From an uncultured virus (IMG/VR IMGVR_UViG_3300043436_000696) (taxonomy: Duplodnaviria; Heunggongvirae; Uroviricota; Caudoviricetes), in the IMG/VR virus record IMGVR_UViG_3300043436_000696: DNA of 64,000 nt. One strand, written 5' to 3'. The position numbers were made by a program, and so were the translations under genes. Shown piece by piece: positions 39,150 through 49,300 of the stretch (position 1 is the first letter of the stretch; each line of letters begins with the position of its first letter). Below the pieces are notes generated by a model. The model did not search any database and had not been told where the DNA came from. It was given only the letters and a program-made list of their open reading frames with translations.

Positions 39150-42100
39150 ATGAAAATACGTATTACTGGAAAATCTTTACCTAAGGCTGAAACTGGAAAA
39201 CAAGTTGGAGATCCAGATGACGCATGGATTCGTAAGATCCTTGAATATGAAGCACGGAAAGGATCTGCTACAGGTGGTGGTTTGTCTAACTTTGGGTATA
39301 ATGATTGGCAAAAGCTAGGTCATAGCCGTCCTCCTCGTTCATTAGATGAAGCTGTAGAATATTATAAAAAAGACTTTCTTCCTAAAGTACAGAAGTATCC
39401 TATGGGTCTTCGTGAACGTATGGGGGACTATATATTTAATACGGGTAGAAATCCTAATGACTTACTTCTTTATAACGCAGGTAAGATTACACTAGATCAG
39501 TTAAATAGTCCAAATACATTTACAAATGAGTGGAATCAATTTGGTCCTGAGATTGAAAAGCAGTATAGTAATCCTGACTTTATTAATAGTTTAGATACTA
39601 ATAAACAAAATGTTTATAAAACTACAGGAACTTATTTTGACCCATCAGATCCCACAAAAAAAGTTCGTTATTCTTTAAGTAATCCTAATCCTACTTTTAC
39701 AGCTAGTTGGGAAGGACGTACAAATATGTGGGGTAAGTATCAAGCACCAACGCAACAAGCTGCTTCTAAACAAGTTAATCCTGGTAGTAAAACTACTTAT
39801 ACACTTAACGGTAGAACATTAGATATTAATAATCCAGCTGACGCTGCTATTATTAAACAAAAAGAAGATGAATTAGCTAGTGACCAAGCTGCTATTAATA
39901 ATTACTATGCTCAAAAATCAAACAGTAGTAAAGGTGCAAACCAAACAGGTCAACCATTACAACTAGCTAATACACTGACTAAGTTGCCTGATCAACAACT
40001 TATGATGAGCACTGTTAAGTTGCCCTCTAATACAACTATGCCTAATATAGGTATACCTAATTTACAACCAGGTTTAAATCAGTTAAAACAAACTGGTAAT
40101 AAAGTTATCAATAAGATTGGTCAGTTTGGTAATAATGCAAGTTCTTTTTTTGCTAATACTGCAAATTCATTTTTTAAAAATTTACAGAACCAACCACAAT
40201 CTAGTAAGCCTGCTTCAGCAGTTCAACAAACGCCACAAATTAGTGGACCTAATTTAGGTAACCAGCCTACTTTTACTCCAACAAGTAATCAAAGTAATCC
40301 TTATACATGGATGCCAAGTGGTCAAGGTTTGGCTTCTCAACCTATACAAAATAGTGCAATAAATCAACAACCTCCTTCAGTTGACTTAACTGGATTTGTA
40401 CCTCCAGTTGTTGCTAACTATACGGAAGAGCCTATAGTTGCTCCTATAGATCCTCAAGAAGAAGCTGCTAAAAAAGCTAAAGCAGCGTTTAATGCTAAGT
40501 ATCCTAACGCTCCAGTTAATCAAACAACCTGGCAGGGATTAGATGATATGGTTGCTCAAAGAGCTGATCCATTTGGATATGAGATGGATCAGAGAATTAA
40601 AAATGATCCTAGATATGCTAGAAGACTTAAAAGAAGTCTTAATGGAAAAATAGATACTTATAAAACAATTGGTGCAGCAAGTGGAGCATTAACAGGAGCT
40701 ATTACAACTGCTGCAGCTCTTACTGATTTTATAGATAATAAAAATAAACAGAAAGAGTTTAATGCTTATATGAGAGATCAGCAAATGTCTGATAACTTAT
40801 ATCCTATAAGACAAGGTAGTCGTGGAGACTATGTTCAATCAGGTACATCTTATGGAGCATTTAGACCAGATCAAATGACAGTTAATAGAGGTATGTTTGC
40901 TGAAATGGGCGGACAGTTAAATACACAAAATATGAAAATACGTATAATATCAGGACCATCTAGAATGGAATATGGTGGTCAAGCTAAAAATGGCTATGGT
41001 TTAGATTTAGGAAGCGGTCATATTTATGATCAAATGAATGAAGATCCTAGAGCAAGTATATCTAATACTATGTCTGAAATTGAAAATCCTAATGAGCCTT
41101 ATGTTTTAGAGACAGAAGGTGGTGAAGAAGTATTACGTCCTGATGGAACTAAGTTTAGACTAGTAGGTAATAGTCATGCTAATGGTGGTATTAAGAATAC
41201 TGCTTCTCAAGTTCCTAATGGATCTTTTATATATTCTAAAAAGCTTAAAGAAACTGATCCTGAAATTCTAGCTAAATTTGGTAAAACCTATAAGCGTGGT
41301 GGTGTATCTTATTCAGATATATCTAAGCAGTATGATTTAAATAAGTTTAAGTCTATATTAGATAATCCTAATGTTGATCCATTAGCTAAAGCTACTGCTC
41401 AAATGATGACTGATAACTATAAAAAGAAACTTGGTCAACTAGCTTTAGCTCAAGAAGCTAAGAAAGGTTTTAAAGATGGAATACCTCAAGCTTATACAAA
41501 CTCAGTTGCACAAGCTGCATACGGTGGTTATATTCCTCAGTATCAAACTCAAGGAGAAGTAAAAAAGGATGATGTTATTTATACTCCAGAGTTTCAAAAG
41601 ATCTTAGCTGGTTTAAAGAATGATCAGAAGTATAACATGATATACTCTCCACGTATTTTAGCTGGTGATAATATGGTTCCTTTAATGCAAAACAGACAGG
41701 AAGCTACAGGTTTATATGGAGATATTACACCTAATGAAATAGAAGAGTTTAAAAAACGTCATGAATGGTATTTTAAAAATAAGTCTAAATGGAATCCAGC
41801 TAGTAAAAAGGATGTTAAAGATTTCCAAAAGAAATATGAAGAGGAATTTGCTAAAGAAAAAGGTTATTCTTATTTTACAGAGAAAAGGAAGTTTGATGAA
41901 ATAGATTCAAAATTAGGTGAATATACTTATAATGCTCCTGCTCTTAATAAAGGAGATGATGAAATTGTTGTAGAAAAACCTAAATATAAATGTCAGGTTG
42001 ATGCCTCTGGAAAAACAATTGCTGTAACAAGTACTGATGGTACTGGCTATAATACAGAAGCAGAGGCTTTAGCTAACTGTCCTACTAAAGAAGAAGTTAA

Positions 42101-43070
42101 ACCTAGATACATTTGTTTACCTGATGGATCTATTGTAGAAACAAAAGGTTCTGGTATAGGATATGCAACTAGAGAAGAAGCTGCTAAAAATTGTGGTGGT
42201 GGTAAACAAAAGAGAGTTCCTTTTGATTTTTTAGCTCCTGATAAATTAAGTATGATTGCTGCTGGTATGAATGCTCCTAAGAAGTATTTACCATACTATG
42301 CTAATTATAATGCTGTAGTACCTAGTCCTACATTCTATAGTCCAGAGCGTGAACTAGCTGCTAATGCTGAGCAAGCTAATATAATGACACAAGGATTAGC
42401 TAACTTTGCCGGACCTCAATCATTTATGAGTAATGCATCTGCTGTACAAGGTAAGGCTGCGGAACAAGCTGCAAATACTTTAGGAAAATATAATAATCTT
42501 AATGTAGGTGTTGCTAATCAGTTTAGTCCATTAGTAGCAGAAACATTAAATAAACAAGCTATGTATGCTGCTGAAAGAGCTAATGAGTTGTTTAAAGGTA
42601 ACGTTATCGCTAATCAACAATATGATAATGCTAAACGAGCTTATGTTAACAATCTTGCTAAGTCTTATGCTAATGCATGGAACAATCGTATGAACTTAGG
42701 AGATATTAATGATAGCATGGCTTATTACTATAAAGATCCTAGAACTGGAAGAAATGTATTTAAAGGTGCTGCAGGTGGACTTGGAAGCCTTGGTATGTAT
42801 GGTAGTAGTAATGGTTCTGTAGGTGATCAATCTAGTGTAGGCGGTCTAGGTACTGCATATAATAGTTTATATAAGAACTATTTAGAGCAATTAAAAGATA
42901 GTGATATGACAGCTGAAGAAAGAAAGAAAGAAGCTCGTGCTTTAGCTGGTTTAGGTTTAAGAAGCATGCAGCAAACTAGAACAACTAATTCAAGAACTCC
43001 GTTTTTATTTAATCAAAGAAGTACTAGATTTACAGGAATGGATCCAAATCTATTAGATGATGATGAGTAA
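39150..43070 (+). CDS. Virion cargo protein with N-terminal lysozyme-like (GH108-like) domain
   Basis: KILEYE...GGGLSNFG...LDEAVEYYKKDF...MGDYIFNTG; Gln/Pro/Asn-rich linker; ETEGGE...GNSHANGGI...YSKKL motif; Ala/Asn/Gln helical C-terminus. Confidence 0.6.
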   Translation: MKIRITGKSLPKAETGKQVGDPDDAWIRKILEYEARKGSATGGGLSNFGYNDWQKLGHSRPPRSLDEAVEYYKKDFLPKVQKYPMGLRERMGDYIFNTGRNPNDLLLYNAGKITLDQLNSPNTFTNEWNQFGPEIEKQYSNPDFINSLDTNKQNVYKTTGTYFDPSDPTKKVRYSLSNPNPTFTASWEGRTNMWGKYQAPTQQAASKQVNPGSKTTYTLNGRTLDINNPADAAIIKQKEDELASDQAAINNYYAQKSNSSKGANQTGQPLQLANTLTKLPDQQLMMSTVKLPSNTTMPNIGIPNLQPGLNQLKQTGNKVINKIGQFGNNASSFFANTANSFFKNLQNQPQSSKPASAVQQTPQISGPNLGNQPTFTPTSNQSNPYTWMPSGQGLASQPIQNSAINQQPPSVDLTGFVPPVVANYTEEPIVAPIDPQEEAAKKAKAAFNAKYPNAPVNQTTWQGLDDMVAQRADPFGYEMDQRIKNDPRYARRLKRSLNGKIDTYKTIGAASGALTGAITTAAALTDFIDNKNKQKEFNAYMRDQQMSDNLYPIRQGSRGDYVQSGTSYGAFRPDQMTVNRGMFAEMGGQLNTQNMKIRIISGPSRMEYGGQAKNGYGLDLGSGHIYDQMNEDPRASISNTMSEIENPNEPYVLETEGGEEVLRPDGTKFRLVGNSHANGGIKNTASQVPNGSFIYSKKLKETDPEILAKFGKTYKRGGVSYSDISKQYDLNKFKSILDNPNVDPLAKATAQMMTDNYKKKLGQLALAQEAKKGFKDGIPQAYTNSVAQAAYGGYIPQYQTQGEVKKDDVIYTPEFQKILAGLKNDQKYNMIYSPRILAGDNMVPLMQNRQEATGLYGDITPNEIEEFKKRHEWYFKNKSKWNPASKKDVKDFQKKYEEEFAKEKGYSYFTEKRKFDEIDSKLGEYTYNAPALNKGDDEIVVEKPKYKCQVDASGKTIAVTSTDGTGYNTEAEALANCPTKEEVKPRYICLPDGSIVETKGSGIGYATREEAAKNCGGGKQKRVPFDFLAPDKLSMIAAGMNAPKKYLPYYANYNAVVPSPTFYSPERELAANAEQANIMTQGLANFAGPQSFMSNASAVQGKAAEQAANTLGKYNNLNVGVANQFSPLVAETLNKQAMYAAERANELFKGNVIANQQYDNAKRAYVNNLAKSYANAWNNRMNLGDINDSMAYYYKDPRTGRNVFKGAAGGLGSLGMYGSSNGSVGDQSSVGGLGTAYNSLYKNYLEQLKDSDMTAEERKKEARALAGLGLRSMQQTRTTNSRTPFLFNQRSTRFTGMDPNLLDDDE

Positions 43071-43077
43071 ACCTATT

Positions 43078-43126
43078 AAGTTTAGTTTTAAACTTTAAAG
43101 ATTTTATAGTATATTATTATGTAGAC
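43078..43126 (+). promoter_or_regulatory. Putative phage-specific promoter motif, copy 3
   Basis: AAGTTTA-GTTT-TAAACTT inverted repeat, GATTTT, then GTATATTATTATGTAGAC ending 3 nt before ATG 43130. Confidence 0.55.
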
Positions 43127-43129
43127 AAT

Positions 43130-44503
43130 ATGGCAAGTTATATCCCAAATATTACAGACGTTTTTCCAGAGCCGGTGCTCTACAGTCCTGATTTTAACAG
43201 GATTGAAAGAATGCTGCAGCAAAGAGAAGGTATGTACAAACAAGGAGCTCAACGAGTTAAAAACTTGTATGAGTCAGTTTTTAATTCCAGTATGCTAAGA
43301 GATGATAACATCCAAAGAAGGGATGCTTATCTTAAAGCAATTGACCAAGGACTTAAGACTGTCTCAGCTCTTGATCTATCTCTTCCTCAAAATCAAGAGT
43401 TAGCTACTAAACTATTTGAACCTGTTACAACAGATCAAAGTATTGTAAAAGATATTCAGTTTACTAAGCAGTATCAAAGTGAAGCATCTAGAGCTGAGCA
43501 ATTAAGATCTTCTCAAGATCCTGCTACTAGAAAACAGTATTGGGATGTTGGTATGAAAGCTCTTCAATATCAAGCTGAGGAATTTAAAAATGCTGATAGC
43601 AATACTGCTTTAGGTATGAGTAGTCCTAGATATACACCTAATGTGGATTTATTTGAATTATCACAAAAGATGTATAAAGATTCTGGTATTAGTATAAGTC
43701 AGGATAGTGTAACTGGTGGTTATATAGTTACTCAAAAGAATGGGGAGAATGCTATGCCTCTTACTCAGACTATGGTTAACATGATGTTTGACCAAGATCC
43801 AGCTATTAAGTCTATGATTCAAACTCAGGCTTATGTTACTAGAAAAGATGCAATCCAAGCTAAAGCTCCTAAGTATAATGGTAATTTAGCATTGGCAGAA
43901 AAAGAGTATCTTAATGAGGTTATTACAAATATAGCATCTAAACAAAATGCTCAATTAGATATAGATACTGCATCTTTAAAAATAGCAAGAGAAAAGGTTG
44001 ATAAATGGAATAGTGTTATTACTAGTAAAGGTATTGTTCCAGGAAGTAAAGAACATAATGATTATTTAGCAGCAGTAACTAATTTAGATATGCTTGAAAA
44101 AACTGTAACATATACAAGAAATAATGTGTTACAGATGAAAAGTATTGATAAAAACAATGTAGCTGATTTAAGAACAGCAACTGATGGTGCTATAACTTCT
44201 ATTTTATATGAGAATCTTACAGGAAAACTTTCTCAATTCTTAGCATACAAAGATGCTAGTACTAAGATAAAAGCTGATCCTTTTGCGTTAGCCTCTCATA
44301 ATTCTGGTTTATCTTTGAATAGAGCTATGGTAATGGAAGGCATTAGACAGTCTAATAGAATTAAAACATTAGAGAAAAGAAAAGAGTTGGGACTCGGTAG
44401 TGGCGGTTCTGGTAAAACTGGACCTATTGTATTAGATGCAAATGGAAAATCAAGTGGTGTTATAAATCCACAAGATATAATAGACGGACTAAAAAACGAT
44501 TAA
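43130..44503 (+). CDS. Helical virion cargo (ejection) protein
   Basis: 457 aa, predominantly helical; position in the cargo block. Confidence 0.55.
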   Translation: MASYIPNITDVFPEPVLYSPDFNRIERMLQQREGMYKQGAQRVKNLYESVFNSSMLRDDNIQRRDAYLKAIDQGLKTVSALDLSLPQNQELATKLFEPVTTDQSIVKDIQFTKQYQSEASRAEQLRSSQDPATRKQYWDVGMKALQYQAEEFKNADSNTALGMSSPRYTPNVDLFELSQKMYKDSGISISQDSVTGGYIVTQKNGENAMPLTQTMVNMMFDQDPAIKSMIQTQAYVTRKDAIQAKAPKYNGNLALAEKEYLNEVITNIASKQNAQLDIDTASLKIAREKVDKWNSVITSKGIVPGSKEHNDYLAAVTNLDMLEKTVTYTRNNVLQMKSIDKNNVADLRTATDGAITSILYENLTGKLSQFLAYKDASTKIKADPFALASHNSGLSLNRAMVMEGIRQSNRIKTLEKRKELGLGSGGSGKTGPIVLDANGKSSGVINPQDIIDGLKND

Positions 44504-44507
44504 ACTT

Positions 44508-46376
44508 ATGGCTGATATTATAGAAAATAATCCTCCTATGGAAGAGACCCCATTAGTAAATACTAATGAGGCTGTAATTGATCAACCTACTATTGAAACA
44601 GTAGATGAAGGTGGTGGTGATCCTGTTAAAAAAGGTGGGACCTCTACAAAAAAAGATACTACCCCAAAGTATGATAATGATAATGGTCAATTAACTACTA
44701 CTGTTTCTGAAACTAATAAAAAGCTGGGTGAGTTTGCTGCAACAATTTTTAAAACTGCAGGTGTAGTTCCTACATATAAAGGTAAACAAATAACTGATTT
44801 ATCTACAATTGCTACTTTAGTAAATGATGGTAAAGCTGGTCAAGAGATATATAAACAAGCATTAGCTGCTTTAGAATCTCCAGATTTAGATGAAGATTCT
44901 ATTGCTAATTTCTATACACAAGTATTTGATATAGAAAGTGGATTCAATCGTTTATCTGCTATTAAGCAACAGATTGGTAAAAATCAAAAACTTGCAGCTA
45001 GTTTTCTAGATGGAAAACGTAAAGGAGCTAGTAAGTACTATTCCTTATTGGTTAATGATAATGGTGACTTTGTATCTAAAGAACAATATAAGCGTAATGT
45101 ACAAAAGTATTATGCTGATGACCAAGCTCAGTTTCTTAAAGATAATCCTAGAGAAGCCACTTTTAATGTATGGGGGCAACCTACTCAATGGATAAGAACT
45201 GATATGCCTAATCCAATGAAAGGTCAATTTTATAGAGATCCTGCAACGGGTAAAATTACTGAATTAGATAGTAGGCCTAAATTACGAGGTACTACAGAAG
45301 GATGGGATTTAACCTTTCAAGCACGTATGGTGAATAATGCTAAAGCAATGAGAGAAAGGATTGAAAGTTATGATGATGCTATACAGCAGATTAAAGATGA
45401 ATATAATAATAATCAGGAAATAACTACTGTTAAAACTTTAGAACAAGGTGTATTTAAACAAGGAGGATCGGATGCTAAAACATCTTTTAGTAGTTCTTTT
45501 AGTTTTGATAGTGATGATTTTTTAAATAGAGATGCTAATGGTAATATTCTTAAATTAGAAGACCCTGGTTCAAAAAGTAAAACTCCTAATATATATAAGC
45601 CTGTTTTTAAAAACTTGTACAATCTTGTAGATAGAGCTAAATCTATGGAAGGTGCTATTATTGTTTCTGGTTCTCCTGAAGATTACACAGATGGTGTACC
45701 TGATGAAACAGATGAAAAAGCTAAAGGTACTTTAAATCAATTTAATGTTGATTTAGATGAACATATTAAAACTTTTTTTGCTCATAGTAAAAAGTTAACT
45801 CCTACTAAGTTAAAAGGAAGACCAGCTGGAAACGTTAGCTTTCAGCCTATAGCTTCTGGTAATGAAAATTATCAAGCTTATCATATTACATTTGCTACTG
45901 GCTATGCTGAAAAACATGCAGGTAGTGAAAAGAAAAAGAAAGAACATCCTGAGTATGCAAAAGGTATTACAATATTTGTACCTAAGGAAAAAGCTGGAGA
46001 AATAAGAATTGGTGCCGCATCTTTAAGAGGAAGCACTATTTCTAATACAGAAGCTGCTATTAACATGAGTCCAGATAATACCTACAGATTTTCTATTCCT
46101 AATGGTGGAATGATAGAAGCATCTAAAATAGGAGATAGTGTATATACTATTACTGGTAATCTTGTTGAGTATAATTTACAAAATGGAAGATATGACACTG
46201 TACCTATTAATCCTAAAAAGTATGAAATAGGTTCAAGTTTAATGCTAGACATGGATGGTCATATAAAAAGAAATGTAGATACCATTATTATGAACTTAAT
46301 TCAAAATAGAATGTTGAGTAAAGGTCATAAAGCTCAACAAGGTGTTACTGATCCTAATTTATTAAAACGTAACTAA
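44508..46376 (+). CDS. Hypothetical virion cargo protein
   Basis: 622 aa, acidic disordered N-terminus; position in the cargo block. Confidence 0.55.
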   Translation: MADIIENNPPMEETPLVNTNEAVIDQPTIETVDEGGGDPVKKGGTSTKKDTTPKYDNDNGQLTTTVSETNKKLGEFAATIFKTAGVVPTYKGKQITDLSTIATLVNDGKAGQEIYKQALAALESPDLDEDSIANFYTQVFDIESGFNRLSAIKQQIGKNQKLAASFLDGKRKGASKYYSLLVNDNGDFVSKEQYKRNVQKYYADDQAQFLKDNPREATFNVWGQPTQWIRTDMPNPMKGQFYRDPATGKITELDSRPKLRGTTEGWDLTFQARMVNNAKAMRERIESYDDAIQQIKDEYNNNQEITTVKTLEQGVFKQGGSDAKTSFSSSFSFDSDDFLNRDANGNILKLEDPGSKSKTPNIYKPVFKNLYNLVDRAKSMEGAIIVSGSPEDYTDGVPDETDEKAKGTLNQFNVDLDEHIKTFFAHSKKLTPTKLKGRPAGNVSFQPIASGNENYQAYHITFATGYAEKHAGSEKKKKEHPEYAKGITIFVPKEKAGEIRIGAASLRGSTISNTEAAINMSPDNTYRFSIPNGGMIEASKIGDSVYTITGNLVEYNLQNGRYDTVPINPKKYEIGSSLMLDMDGHIKRNVDTIIMNLIQNRMLSKGHKAQQGVTDPNLLKRN

Positions 46377-46379
46377 TTT

Positions 46380-49300
46380 ATGGCAGTATTAGAAAATAAT
46401 AACTTAGGAATGTCTAGTTCTGAAGATCAAGCTGTCATGCAAAATGAAGTGGATCAATCTTTAGACTTATCTACAGTAGATAGTCCTATTGATCCTTTAA
46501 ACGATGTTAACTTAGATGTTGTACAACCTCAAGTTGATAGTCCAACTCAAGTTAGTCCCCCACCTAATACTCAAGATCCTCCTACTAAAAATAAAGTATT
46601 AAGTACTCAAGAACTTCAAGCTCTATCACAAAAGCAGAAAAAACGTAATAAAGAGTGGGCTGAAACTGGAGCAATGGCTTCTGTAACATCTTATGTAGAT
46701 CCTAACCAAGCTGCTAGAGTTGTATCATTTGATTCTAAAACTACAAGATTAGATAGGTATTTAGCATATGGAGATAAGACGTTTAATAAAGTAGGGTTTA
46801 GTCCATTTGCTAATAATGAAGAAGCATTTAATAAAAGTGTTTCTATATGGCAAGATTATAAAAGAATGGCAACTGTTGCTCCTTCTTTAATGTCATTGGG
46901 CTTTAAACAAAGTTTTGGATTTGGAGTATTTGATTGGAATACTGAAGATGAAAATGCTAGAAAGTATAAAGAACTTAATGATATTGGAATGTCTAGTAGA
47001 GGTGGTCCTGGGGCATTCGTTAATAATTTAGTTCTTAATGGTAGTTATGGTATTGGTGTTGGGTATAGTATATTAGCAGAAGAACTTTTAATGATGGGTG
47101 CTGAAGCTCTTACATTTGGTGGAGCAACTCCATTAGTAGCTGCTCGTACAGCTCAAAATTTAACCAAGCTTGGTAAGCTTCGTGCTATGTTTACAACTGC
47201 TGCAAACAGTGGTTTTAAAAGTGTTCAAGTTGCAAATGCTGGACTTGATGTGTTTAAATCTTTAAAGAGTGCTGATAGAGCTAAAGACTTTTATACATCT
47301 ATTAAAACGTTTGGTAAAGCTACAGGTAACTTTCTTAACCCACTAGCTAGAGTTACAGATGAAGTAATTGCTGGAAGTAATACTGTTAGAAATCTTAGTA
47401 ACATGGCTAAGATATCTAAAGGGTTTGGTGCGTTTTACAGAGATGTCAGAGATGTTAATATAGCTCTTGGTGAATCTAAATTAGAAGGAAGTAGTAAGAA
47501 GCAAGAAGTTATTGATAAAGAAATTGAGGACTATAAGAAAGCCAATGGTAAACTTCCTGAAGGAAAAGATCTAGAACAAATATATGCTAAAGCCGAAGAT
47601 GTACGTAATGGTGTAGTTGCACTTAACTTACCAATTATATATTATACTAACCGTATTACATTTGATGGTTTATTTAAATTTAGAGGTTTTAAAACTTTAG
47701 AAGAAGCTGGTAAAACTGCAAATCTTTCTAGCAAAGGAATTAAATTTACTGCTGGAACTGGTTTTAGTGTAGATGCCGCTAAAAAATGGTATCAACTTAG
47801 TATCAGAAAGTATCCAGGTATGGCTTGGAACTATGCTAAACGTAATGCATCAGAAGGTCTTCAAGAAAACTTTCAAAATGTAATCTCTGATGGTGTTGGT
47901 GAATACTATGATGCTGTTTATAAAGATCCTACATTAGGAGGATTTAACTTTGCTGTAGCTACAGCAGGTACTAATATTAAAAAAGAATTTACTTCTGGTC
48001 GTGGACTAGAAACTTTCTTTACAGGTTTCTTAATGGGATCTGTAGCAGGTCCTGCTCAAAGTGTATTTCTTACAGAAACTCCTGGCCTTTATTATAAAGG
48101 TAAAGATTTTGTAATGCGTACTAATGACTTTAAAGCTTATAAAGCTAAGAAAGCTGAGCAGATTAAAGAAAAGGTTGCTACACTTAATGAATTGTACAAA
48201 AACCCATTAGATTTTTTTAGTTCTATTCAAGAGAATGCTGCTTCACAAAATGCTGCATATACTACATTAATGCAGGCTGAAGATAATGGAGATGCTAAAA
48301 CATTTCAGGATACTAAAGATATTAGTTTATTTAATCATGTATTTACATCTATTAATAATGGAACCTTTGATGATCTTATTAATGGATATAAAGAAATGTC
48401 TAAGCTAGATCCTAAAGAGTTAGCAGACTATCTTAAAATACAAGATGTAAGTAAAGCTAAAGATAAGATTCAAGAGGTTATAAAAAGAGCGGAAGAGATT
48501 CAATCTACGTATAATAAAGTTAATTCTAAGTTTGAAAATCCATTTAATCCTTCTCAATATAAACCTGGAGACGTAGAGCATGAAAGAGAGGCTATTGCTT
48601 ATGTAGCTTTTGAAAGAGCTAAAAGAAGTTTAGCAATGGCTGAGCATGGGTTTCAACGTAGTTTAGAAAGGATGCAGAGTTTATACCAAGACATCTCTAC
48701 AAATCGTCCTATAGAAAAGTCTAATAATGCAGACTATAGCGTATTGTTAAATGCTAAATCTATTAAAGATGAAATATACACTCTTAAGAAAGAGATTGCG
48801 TCATATGGTCCTGAGTCTCAACAAGATAGAGATCAAAAGAAAATTGTTAAAGAAAAGACTCAGAAATTAGAAGATCTTCAAGAATATGCTGATAACCTTG
48901 ATACACATTTAGAATCTATTAAGAAACAGGAAAGTATTCAAAATGGTGAATTTGTAATTCAACCTATTGCAGAGTCATATAATTCTTTAAGAGAAAGCTA
49001 TAGAAAGTATTTAAAAAATATAGCTAAGCTTTCTGGAGATTATGCGTTTGATAGTAAAATTGATGATTCATTTGATAAACTTGCCGATTACTATTCTTTA
49101 GATAATGACTCTAAAAATCTTAGCAATGCTATTAATACATTGTTAGATCCTACTAATCTATATACTCATGCTGAAACTATTAATGATAAACTCATTAAGA
49201 TCTTTACTGACAAAGAAAGAAGTTTTGAAGAGCAGATGGAAAGCTATACTAGATATAGTGAAATGAATACTCTAATAGAAGAGTTGGCTAAAGCTGGGGT

